Below are positions 28,426-40,104 of a DNA stretch of 64,000 nt, piece after piece. A model generated the notes under the pieces. The model was not told the origin of the DNA, made no database searches, and saw only the letters and a list, made by a program, of their open reading frames with translations. The position numbers and the translations under genes are program-made. Origin of the DNA: Octopus sinensis (taxonomy: Eukaryota). The first letter of the stretch is position 1. The number at the start of each line of letters is the position of its first letter. Location of the stretch: contig NC_042999.1 of NCBI RefSeq assembly GCF_006345805.1, forward strand, positions 37,944,001-38,008,000. The letters are read 5' to 3'.

Positions 28426-28991
28426 TTGGGTTGTCCGGAAAGTTCGTGCTGGTTTTTAAAGGAAAGAAAAAGGTCAATAAATACTTGCCATTACATTTTT
28501 AATCAAACAAATATGAACCATTTTGTTGTACAATGCGTCTCCATCTTTCCTTTAACTTGAAAATACCCTCTTCCCAGAATTGAGGTGGTTTCATGGCAAA
28601 AAATCATCAAGGTATCTTTTTACGTCATCCAAGGAATTGAAATTTTTACCATTAAGACTATTCTGCAAAGACCTGAATAAGTGGAAACCCGAAGAAGCAC
28701 TATCTGCCGAATATGGAGGGTGGGGTAACACATCCCAGCCGAGCTGCAGCAATTTTTGTCTGGTTCCGAAAGCATCAAGTGCCGAAAAGGAACTTTCTTA
28801 TCTTCCATTTTAAAGGGTTACATATTTAACACAGGTTATAGGAACAAAAACCCTCTTCCACGAAAAGATAGCTTAAACTGTGCTCTAAATGGAGGTGTAG
28901 TCAAATCCTATTCTATGGACTCAAACATGTTCTAAAATAAGTCGAAAGATAAGCTACTATAAAATCGGCACGAACTTTCCGGACAACCCAA
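28426..28991 (-). mobile_element. Internally deleted mariner with intact TIRs and TA TSD
   Basis: TIR ttgggttgtccggaaagttcgtgc at 28426, inverse ending at 28991, TA on both sides; minus strand encodes GWDVLPHPPYSADSASSGFHLFRSLQNSLNGKNFNSLDDVK...FWEEGIFKLKERWRRIVQQNGSY. Confidence 0.95.
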
Positions 28992-29577
28992 TACCATTAA
29001 ATGTGTTGATAGGAAGAAATATTTTGAAAAACACCATTACGTCAGACTTACAAACACACGTGGAGGGTGTGAGGTGGTCGTGAGGTCTGCGAAAAATAAC
29101 GGCTAAATAACCCTTAAATTACAAACCAAAGAAATATTTCTGATTGTATAATCGTCTGAATTTCTTGCGTGCAGAACACAAATTCGCAAAAATTTCCTGA
29201 AAATTCTCCAAAATACAAAGATAAGTTAGGAGAGGTTTTATGACGTGCTGAAAACTGAATTTCGTCCAAATATAAAACTACGTGCATACAATGCTTCTGT
29301 GCTTCTGAAAGCTATTTGATACAATTGAATATATTCACGTATAGTGATATTTTTCAGTAGGTAAATTCAGGCGTCTAAAATCAAATTACCTGGGAGATAT
29401 AGTTTGTAATATTTATTTAGTATGGTATACCGGTGCCCATTAGAAGACAGAATATATAAACACTCCGAAGTTTGTTCTTCGTGACTCCAATGAAAGTTCT
29501 TTCTCTTTCTAAATGCACGCAAGGTCACAAGTTTCAACTGCCATTTTAGAGCACGCACACAAGTATGTTTTCGATAT

Positions 29578-29901
29578 ATACTCTTTTACTCTTTTACTCT
29601 TTTACTTGTTTCAGTCATTTGACTGCGGCCATGCTGGAGCACCGCCTTTAGTCGAGCAACTCGACCCCGGGACTTATTCTTTGTAAGCCCAAACATACAC
29701 AAACATACACACACACACACATATATATACATATATACGACGGGATTCTTTCAGTTTCCGTCTACCAAATCCACTCATAATGGTTTGGGCGGCCAGAGGC
29801 TATAGTAGAAGACACTTGCCCAAGGTGTCACGCAGTGGGACTGAACCCGGAACCATGTGGCTGGTAAACAAGCTACTTACCACACAGCCACTCCTGCGCC
29901 T
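29578..29901 (-). mobile_element. SINE family A, internally deleted
   Basis: High similarity to the 26358 copy, with a deletion after tgtaagccc. Confidence 0.92.
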
Positions 29902-30009
29902 ACACACACACACACACCACACACACACACACATATATATATATTATATATATATATATATATATTATATATAAAAAAGTTGAGTTGTGGGGTATCGCAC
30001 GAGTGGGAT

Positions 30010-31414
30010 TATATAAGAAAAAAGGTTTGAAAATGCAATTTAAACGATGTTTATTTACTTAACCGGTTTCACTCTTTGGTAAAAGATTGTCAAAAGTTAC
30101 ATTTAAGGAAACATTGAATAATATGGGTTCAAAAAAAGTTTTTTACATAATTGTCACATTGAATATTATGCATTCAAAAAAGTTTTTTACATAATTGTCA
30201 CATTGGATATTATGGGTTCAAAAAAAGTTTTTTACATAATTGTCGCATTGAATATTATGCATTCAAAAAAGTTTTTTACATAATTGTCACATTGGATATT
30301 ATGAATTCAAAAATGTTTTTTTATACATAATTGTCACATTATTTGGGAAAATTTGGCAGAAAAGGATAAAACAAATATATTATTGGGAATTGGTTGCGTT
30401 AATTATTGGTTGTCGCAATTGTCACATTACATGTATATATATACAATCTTTGTATATATATACAGCGTTTTGACAGCAAAAATTAAAATGGATTTTTTGT
30501 ACATCTCAGAATATTTTAAGTATGTTTTTACTGACCTGTCAGTATTAGCAGAAAGGCTGAACTGAGAGAACAGAAGAAGTAGCCAATGTGGTGTATACTT
30601 CCCCTTTATGCATGAATGATTTTGGGGTTATCAGGAGGTTAGTATGCGGGTGTGAATAGATGTGTGACCAGCAGGCACTCACACATCTATTCACACCCGC
30701 ATACTAACCTCCTGATAACCCCAAAATCATTCATGCATAAAGGGGAAGTATACACCACATTGGCTACTTCTGTTCTCTCAGTTCAGCCTTTCTGCTAATA
30801 CTGACAGGTCAGTAAAAACATACTTAAAATATTCTGAGATGTACAAAAAATCCATTTTAATTTTTGCTGTCAAAACGCTGTATATATATACCAAAGATTG
30901 TATATATATACATGTAATGTGACAATTTGCGACAACCAATAATTAACGCAACCAATTCCCAATAATATATTTGTTTTATCCTTTTCTGCCAAATTTTCCC
31001 AAATAATGTGACAATTATGTATAAAAAAACATTTTTGAATTCATAATATCCAATGTGACAATTATGTAAAAAACTTTTTTGAATGCATAATATTCAATGC
31101 GACAATTATGTAAAAAACTTTTTTTGAACCCATAATATCCAATGTGACAATTATGTAAAAAACTTTTTTGAATGCATAATATTCAATGCGACAATTATGT
31201 AAAAAACTTTTTTTGAACCCATAATATCCAATGTGACAATTATGTAAAAAACTTTTTTGAATGCATAATATTCAATGTGACAATTATGTAAAAAACTTTT
31301 TTTGAACCCATATTATTCAATGTTTCCTTAAATGTAACTTTTGACAATCTTTTACCAAAGAGTGAAACCGGTTAAGTAAATAAACATCGTTTAAATTGCA
31401 TTTTCAAACCTTTT

Positions 31415-31422
<8 letters not shown>
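30010..31422. repeat. 1.4-kb near-perfect palindrome (foldback) with internal 44-45-bp tandem repeats
   Basis: Left arm 30010-30667 is the reverse complement of right arm 30679-31422; 11-nt spacer ccagcaggcac. Five tandem units in the left arm, seven in the right. Confidence 0.97.
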
Positions 31423-31457
<35 letters not shown>

Positions 31458-32069
31458 TTGGCTTAGTATCAAAATGGGTTTGCTGGACATTCCAACGTGT
31501 TGAGATAATTAGGATATGAAAAATGAGTTATAATAATCTTACTTCCATTGCATGCTGGAACTCTCTCGATAACATGGCATGTGCTTATAGGCCTCATATG
31601 CATAATTAACATACGAAAAATATTTTATTTATGTATTTTATGTAAACGTTGCGCAATTTATAAAATAACTCAAACCAGTTAACCAGTTATCATTAAGTTG
31701 ATTATGAAACCAGAATCAAATAGTGCTAACTGGATGGTTCATTAACAAAACCTCAACACTGAACAACAAACTACTTGGGACGAATTATTAATATCATTAC
31801 CACAATTGTTTTGAACTGCCATCTAACATTTAATTCATTTTAACACTTCCGCCACTACAATTAATTGCATTGAAAGATTTAAATAACATTAGAATGATTA
31901 CGTCATACGCTACAGTTATGCTAAACTCAAATGACTTGTTACAGTATTTGACTGCAATTTTTAAGTAAGAATAATTAGATGACTATTTGATAATAACAAT
32001 GTTTTATTTTGCTATATCCCTCATTTGTCCAGTGCTTTTGCAACAAGAGAGCTCATGAAGGTGTAATCA

Positions 32070-33450
32070 TCACCATCCATATGCTTGAGCAATGAGTTCA
32101 AATCTTTTGCTTTCTCCTTGGTTACAGTTGCGCTGCATTGCAAGTTTTTTTGGCGAGGTTGCTGTTAGTGGCTTGACTTTCTCATTTCTCAATGACACGT
32201 TCTTTAGTACATTGATAACTGATTTTTCAGCTTCTAGTGTTAGCGATTTTCTAATTGCTAAGCTATAAAACTTAGCAGCTTCATATGTGATCTTAACATT
32301 AAAATATCCCACTCCAGTATAACTTCCGCTATCACTGCAAGTTTTGTTATCTTAAACCACGCTCAGACATTAATTGTACATATATTGTAAGATGCTTCAG
32401 ATGTTTTTCAATGCAGGAGTGGGAATTGTCAGTCCTTCATATGTGAATGCCTAAAAATAAACATCGCCCTTTTCAAGCCTAGCCAGTCTTATGGGCCCGG
32501 TTTCCCGGTTTCTGTGGCGTATGTGTTCCCCCCAGCTGGACGGGACGCCAGTCCATCGCAGCGTTACTCATGAAACAGGAAGAGAGAGTGAGAGAAAGTT
32601 GTGGCCAAAGAGTACAACAGGGGTCGCCACCACCCCCTCCCGGAACATCGTGGAGCTTTTAGGTGTTTTCGCTCAATAAACACACACACGCCCGGTCTGA
32701 GTATCGAGACCGCGATCCTCCGACCGCGGGTCCGCTGCCCTAACCATTGAGCCATTGCGCCTCCATATACGTGAATGCCCAGGCTCACAATATCTGTGTA
32801 TCATGCGTGTGAGCTTGATGCTGTTCTTTAAGAAATGTCGAAAGGCATAAGACAAAATTTTGATGTGATTCTGTGCTATACAAAAATCAGACCAAATAAT
32901 TAGTGAACATGCCATCGGATTGACATTGAAGATCTACTTAATAATACGTATAACAACAATGGTTAAATCAATTAGACTTCTACATGGAGTAGACTCTATC
33001 CAAATTACATTATATCCTCTAGTAGTTTCCTCAAACCTAGCTGTGGGATTATAAATGTTGAGTTTTGTCTTGTAATAAGCAGAGCCAATAATGTTGGTAC
33101 GAGGGAGCGAAAATGCATTCTCTAAATCAAAGCTGATAAGAAGAAATGATGAATCATTGTTATTCATAGGTGTGAATAACAAGTATAAGAATAGATAACA
33201 AATAATGACGTGCTGATTACCAAGCTTCAGAATGTGTTTATTCTGTAGATGCAGCTAACTGATGCGACTGAATTGCAGTATGTGTAGATGGTCCAGGTGT
33301 AGATGTCAGAAGAGGAATTGTTAGATCATTTGTTGTTGAATTGATAGCTTGATCATTCAATGGTTCATCACAGTTGCCTGTAGTCGTAACACATAAGTCC
33401 AATTCTTTGCTTTCAATAGATTCCAGGTGCTCATCATTCTCGCAAGAAAT
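32070..33450 (-). pseudogene. Decayed Sola-type DDE transposase, interrupted by a SINE
   Basis: FDLENAFSLP...YYKTKLNIYN...GYNVIWIE, LIIWSDFCIAQN...HRYCEPGHS and, after the SINE, GHSHM..DNSHSCIEK; matches the Sola pattern FDLQ..L..P / WSD.C..QN / GHT.ME.DS.H. Confidence 0.72.
32452..32766 (-). mobile_element. SINE family C (tail type 2) with 13-bp TSD
   Basis: Head ggaggcgcaatggctcaatggttaggg; TSD ata(t/c)gtgaatgcc at 32439-32451 and 32767-32779. Confidence 0.92.
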
Positions 33451-34352
33451 AGGTTATTCAAATTATTTCCCATATGGAAAGAAGAATTATAAAAACATTT
33501 TCTTTACAAAATGTGATTCTATAATAATAGAGTGCCATATATTTTATATTACTTATTATTATCATAGGTCTAAAGCACTCAATGTGGACATACAAATATC
33601 TATGAAATAAGTTTGTCTAGCTTCTAATTGTACGTGTTACTTCTTCGATTTAAATTTGATATTTGAATGATAGCCAAAGAAAGAATATTCAAGCAACATA
33701 CATCAATTAAATTAACGATGCTTTGGCTTTAAAGATAAATACCAAGGCATTATAGTGTTAATAATTTAACTGAGATTAGTAAAATCTTCAATAATCCGCT
33801 GAGAGACAAAGAGTAGCCTTCTTGAACTTTCCTTCATTTTGATAATGACATAAACACCTGAATTGGATGATTGCTGATAAGTCGAAGCCAGTGTGCCTGT
33901 TTTAGTTCAAAGTGCATGTTTTGAGCTGTAATTAGCCTACTTCATCTATGGCATAATTAATTAATTAAGCATGATATCACAAAACTAATGGCAGCACAGA
34001 GTATTAGGACGGTCATAGATCTCTTGAACATAAAAATAAAATTCTGCCATGATGACCAGGTAACCCATTTTGGTACTAAAGCAACGATATGTGTGTCTAT
34101 GTGTGGTGTGTGTGTGTGTGTGTGTGTTTTAGCGTGCGTGCAAGTGTATATATATACACGTATATATGTGTATATATACGTATATAGAATTAGTAATTTG
34201 TGGTAAATCATTTTACCTTTGCCCATATAATACAGTAAATGAATTGATTGCATCGCAATCATTAACATTTAGTATAACTTTGTTGGGTACTTCACTAGCA
34301 GTATATTGGATATACGTTATCCCATTGAGGGTTGCATTTACCCCCTATCTCA

Positions 34353-34467
<115 letters not shown>

Positions 34468-35009
34468 TATATAATATATATAATAAATATATCCCGTCGT
34501 TAGACGATGGATTAGGGTTGTGCAGTTTCTTGCCGAACAACTACACAAATGATTTATTTATTGTGAAATAAAATGTTTGTGTTGAGCATAAGCTTACTCT
34601 CTTCATCAATTTGACATTGTCTGTATAGGTGCACATGTGTGTCTCACGTCAAATGTCAAATTATCGCAGAGCAACATGAAAGGAATTATTTTGCTGAAGA
34701 AGATAACGTACCGTCCGGTCTAGTAATCGAAATCACGTGGGCTCGTAATCACGTGGGCTCCAAGCACATTCTTTCAACTTGGGTACGTAAATCCAAGTGC
34801 ATTCTCTCTAAGTGCATTCTCAACCTGCTGTTGGCGGTAAGTACAGCCACACTAAATACTTGCTTAAACACATCTCACATGCCTATACGTCCATTCATAT
34901 ATTCGTTTGTGTGTATGTCTGCGTGTGCGTGCGTGTTTGTGTGTGTATGAAGAGAGAGAAAGAAAGAAAGAGATTGATAAATTGGCATGGATATTTACAC
35001 GTAAGTATC

Positions 35010-35053
<44 letters not shown>

Positions 35054-35099
35054 CTACCCGATATATATATATAGCTACCCGATAATATATATATATATA

Positions 35100-38000
35100 G
35101 CTACCCGATAATTTCTTGTTAAGATCCCTTATTAAGAGATTATCCTTAATTAATTGTTAAACTTATTCCGAAATACTTTTCATTACCCGACATGCAGTTC
35201 GTAAAAAGCCCGCCATTTACCGGAATATGATTTATAAACATTCCATGTGCTTGGCCGGAGTGAACAGTTGTATGTTCGTCTTCGCTACATAAGGTTGGTT
35301 TATTTATGATATTCAGAATCAGTTCTGCTGACGATCATTAGACGCAAGTTGTATGTGAAATCACGGTGATGATACAGAACATAATCATTTTTAAATGTCT
35401 TGCTTTGAAAAACTGCATTTGGGTATGATTAGTATAATTTTTGGTAGTAATGACTTTGTCCCTCCTAGTGTGAGGCATTTATGTGTAATAATGCCCTTTA
35501 TACAATATAGATATAATTAATTGTTCAAAAGAAAAAAATTATTTTCGGATTCTTTTCTTTTATGAGGTTTTCACGCTAGCTACCGATAATTTCTTGTTAA
35601 GATCCCTTATTAAGAGATTATCCTTAATTGTTAAACTTATTCCGAAATACTTTTCATTACCGACATGCAGTTCGTAAAAAGCCCGCCATTTACCGGATAT
35701 ATGATTTTAAAACATTCCATGTGCTTGGCCGGAGTGAACAGTTGTCTGTTCGTCTTCGTACATAAGGTTGGTTATTTATGATGTATTCAGAATCAGTTCT
35801 GCTGACGATCATTAGACGCAAGTTGTATGTGAAATCACGGTGATACAGAACATAATTCATTTTTAAATGTCTTGCTTGAAAAAACTGCATTTGGGTATGA
35901 TTATATATTTTTGGTAGTAATGACTTTGTCCCTCCTAGTGTGAGGCATTTATGTGTAATAATGCCCTTTATACAATATAGATATAATTAATTGTTCAAAA
36001 GAAAAAAATTTTTTCGGATTCTTTTCTTTTATGAGGTTTTCACGCTAGCTACCCGATAATATTTCTTGTTAAGATCCCTTATTAAGAGATTATTATTAAT
36101 TGTTAAACTTATTCCGAAATACTTTTCATTACCCGACATGCAGTTCGTAAAAAGCCCGCCATTTACCGGATATATGATTTATAAACATTCCATGTGCTTG
36201 GCCGGAGTGAGTGAACAGTTGTCTGTTCGTCTTCGCTACATAAGGTTGGTTTATTTATGATGTATTCAGAATCAGTTCTGCTGCGACGATCATTAGACGC
36301 AAGTTGTATGTGAAATCACGGTGATACAGAACATAATTCATTTTTAAATGTCTTGCTTTGAAAAACTGCATTTGGGTATGATTAGTATAATTTTGGTAGT
36401 TATAGTAACTTTGTCCCTCCTAGTGTGAGGCATTTATGTGTAATAATGCCCTTTATACAATATAGATATAATTAATTGTTTTCAAAAGAAAAAAATTATT
36501 TTCGATTCTTTTCTTTTATGAGGTTTTCACGCTAGCTACCCGATAATTTCTTGTTAAGATCCCTTATTAAGAGATTATCCTTAATTGTTAAACTTATTCC
36601 GAAATACTTTTCATTACCCGACATGCAGTTCGTAAAAAGCCCGCCATTTACCGGATATATGATTTATAAACATTCCATGTGCTTGGCCGGAGTGAACAGT
36701 TGTCTGTTCGTCTTCGCTACATAAGGTTGGTTTATTTATGATGTATTCAGAATCAGTTCTGCTGACGATCATTAGACGCAAGTTGTATGTGAAATCACGG
36801 TGATACAGAACATAATTCATTTTTAAATGTCTTGCTTTGAAAAACTGCATTTGGTATGATTAGTATAATTTTTGGTAGTAATGACTTTGTCCCTCCTAGT
36901 GTGAGGCATTTATGTGTAATAATGCCCTTTATACAATATAGATATAATTAATTTGTTCAAAAGAAAAAAATTATTTTCGGATTCTTTTCTTTTATGAGGT
37001 TTTCACGCTAGCTACCCGATAATTTCTTGTTAAGATCCCTTATTAAGAGATTATCCTTAATTGTTAAACTTATTCCGAAATACTTTTCATTACCCGACAT
37101 GCAGTTCGTAAAAAGCCCGCCATTTACCGGATATATGATTTATAAACATTCCATGTGCTTGGCCGAGTGAACAGTTGTCTGTTCGTCTTCGCTACATAAG
37201 GTTGGTTTATTTATGATGTATTCAGAATCAGTTCTGCTGACGATCATTAGACGCAAGTTGTATGTGAAATCACGGTGATACAGAACATAATTCATTTTTA
37301 AATGTCTTGCTTTGAAAAACTGCATTTGGGTATGATTAGTATAATTTTGGTAGTAATGACTTTGTCCCTCCTAGTGTGAGGCATTTATGTGTAATAATGC
37401 CCTTTATACAATATAGATATAATTAATTTGTTCAAAAGAAAAAAATTATTTTCGGATTCTTTTCTTTTATGAGGTTTTCACGCTAGCTACCCGATAATTT
37501 CTTGTTAAGATCCCTTATTAAGAGATTATCCTTAATTGTTAAACTTATTCCGAAATACTTTTCATTACCCGACATGCAGTTCGTAAAAAGCCCGCCATTT
37601 ACCGGATATATGATTTATAAACATTCCATGTGCTTGGCCGGAGTGAACAGTTGTCTGTTCGTCTTCGCTACATAAGGTTGGTTTATTTATGATGTATTCA
37701 GAATCAGTTCTGCTGACGATCATTAGACGCAAGTTGTATGTGAAATCACGGTGATACAGAACATAATTCATTTTTAAATGTCTGCTTTGAAAAACTGCAT
37801 TTGGGTATGATTAGTATAATTTTTGGTAGTAATGACTTTGTCCCTCCTAGTGTGAGGCATTTATGTGTAATAATGCCCTTTATACAATATAGATATAATT
37901 AATTTGTTCAAAAGAAAAAAAATATTTTCGGATTCTTTTCTTTTATGAGGTTTTCACGCTAGCTACCCGATAATTTCTTGTTAAGATCCCTTATTAGAGA

Positions 38001-39446
38001 TTATCCTTAATTGTTAAACTTATTCCGAAATACTTTTCATTACCCGACATGCAGTTCGTAAAAAGCCCGCCATTTACCGGATATATGATTTATAAACATT
38101 CCATGTGCTTGCCGGAGTGAACAGTTGTCTGTTCGTCTTCGCTACATAAGGTTGGTTTATTTATGATGTATTCAGAATCAGTTCTGCTGACGATCATTAG
38201 ACGCAAGTTGTATGTGAAATCACGGTGATACAGAACATAATTCATTTTTAAATGTCTTGCTTTGAAAAACTGCATTTGGGTATGATTAGTATAATTTTTG
38301 GTAGTAATGACTTTGTCCCTCCTAGTGTGAGGCATTTATGTGTAATAATGCCTTTATACAATATAGATATAATTAATTTGTTCAAAAGAAAAAAATTATT
38401 TTCGGATTCTTTTCTTTTATGAGGTTTTCACGCTAGCTACCCGATAATTTCTTGTTAAGATCCCTTATTAAGAGATTATCCTTAATTGTTAAACTTATTC
38501 CGAAATACTTTTCATTACCCGACATGCAGTTCGTAAAAAGCCCGCCATTTACCGGATATATGATTTATAAACATTCCATGTGCTTGGCCGGAGTGAACAG
38601 TTGTCTGTTCGTCTTCGCTACATAAGGTTGGTTTATTTATGATGTATTCAGAATCAGTTCTGCTGACGATCATTAGACGCAAGTTGTATGTGAAATCACG
38701 GTGATACAGAACATAATTCATTTTTAAATGTCTTGCTTTGAAAAACTGCATTTGGGTATGATTAGTATAATTTTTGGTAGTAATGACTTTGTCCCTCCTA
38801 GTGTGAGGCATTTATGTGTAATAATGCCCTTTATACAATATAGATATAATTTTTGTCAAAAGAAAAAAATTATTTTCGGATTCTTTTCTTTTATGAGGTT
38901 TTCACGCTAGCTACCCGATAATTTCTTGTTAAGATCCCTTATTAAGAGATTATCCTAATTGTTAAACTTATTCCGAAATACTTTTCATACCCGACATGCA
39001 GTTCGTAAAAAGCCCGCCATTTACCGGATATATGATTTATAAACATTCCATGTGCTTGGCCGGAGTGAACAGTTGTCTGTTCGTCTTCGCTACATAAGGT
39101 TGGTTTATTTATGATGTATTCAGAATCAGTTCTGCTGACGATCATTAGACGCAAGTTGTATGTTGAAATCACGGTGATACAGAACATAATTCATTTTTAA
39201 ATGTCTTGCTTTGAAAAACTGCATTTGGGTATGATTAGTATAATTTTTGGTAGTAATGACTTTGTCCTCCTAGTGTGAGGCATTTATGTGTAATAATGCC
39301 CTTTATACAATATAGATATAATTAATTTGTTCAAAAGAAAAAAATTATTTTCGGATTCTTTTCTTTTATGAGGTTTTCACGCTAGCTACCCGATAATTTC
39401 TTGTTAAGATCCCTTATTAAGAGATTATCCTTAATTGTTAAACTTA
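35100..39446 (+). mobile_element. Tandem array of 9 x ~475-bp hammerhead-containing units plus a 62-bp partial unit (retrozyme-like)
   Basis: Unit starts (gctacccgataat) at 35100, 35579, 36048, 36535, 37011, 37486, 37962, 38436, 38910 and 39385; (TA)n on both sides. The repeat is certain; the retrozyme label is inference. Confidence 0.85.
37231..37286 (+). ncRNA. Type I hammerhead ribozyme motif (representative copy, unit 5)
   Basis: GTTCTG-CTGACGA-tcattagacGCAAgttgtatgt-GAAA-TCAC g GTGA-T-A/CAGAAC. Equivalent copies at 35796, 36756, 37707, 38181 and 38657; variants at 35322, ~36275 and 39129. Confidence 0.8.
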
Positions 39447-39469
39447 TATATATATATATATATCAGATA

Positions 39470-39855
39470 ATCATGGCTATGTTGTTAAGAATCTTACATT
39501 ACAACATCGTTCTAGGTTCAGTCTTACTATGTACACCATGAACAATTAATATAGCTGCGAGCACATCAAGGATTTGCGAATGTGGCTAGTACGTGGGAAC
39601 TGACTGGAATCTCATCACATATGCATATGAGCATACATGTATGTATGTGTTTTTTTTTGTGTGTAAGTCCCTACGCATGTTGGCTGCCAGTGATTGATTT
39701 TTATGTCCCCGTAACGTAGCATATTAGCAAAAGTGGCCCAAAATAATAAGTACAAAATTTCAAAACTAAGTACTGAGGTAGGGTTGTTCCACTAAATCCC
39801 TTTAGGTAGTTTCCCAGTGCGACAGCGGTTCAATGGCTGAGACGAATAAAGGAAT
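39470..39855 (+). mobile_element. Highly diverged SINE family A
   Basis: ggttcagtc, tgtccccgtaac and aataagtac remnants in the expected order. Confidence 0.55.
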
Positions 39856-40104
39856 GCGAATATATATGCATATGTTGTATAGTTCCCGTGTAAGACGTAT
39901 AAATCTCAAAATAATTGCATACATGCTCACATTTAATGTGTCTCATATTTTATACATATGTTTATTAACACGTCTTTTTTTTTTTTTTTTACTATTATCC
40001 AGATATTTTGGAAACAAGATTGTTCAGCTTTCCTTTTATTCAATTGAGGACAGTACAGATATGTTGCGTATGATGTCATTAGCTGTTTGTCTGTTGTCAG
40101 ATGA

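Noticed and set aside
35690-39187. Repeated minus-strand ORFs MQFFKARHLKMNYVLYHRDF...
   Set aside because: By-product of the 475-bp tandem unit; lengths vary with indels and no domain is recognisable.
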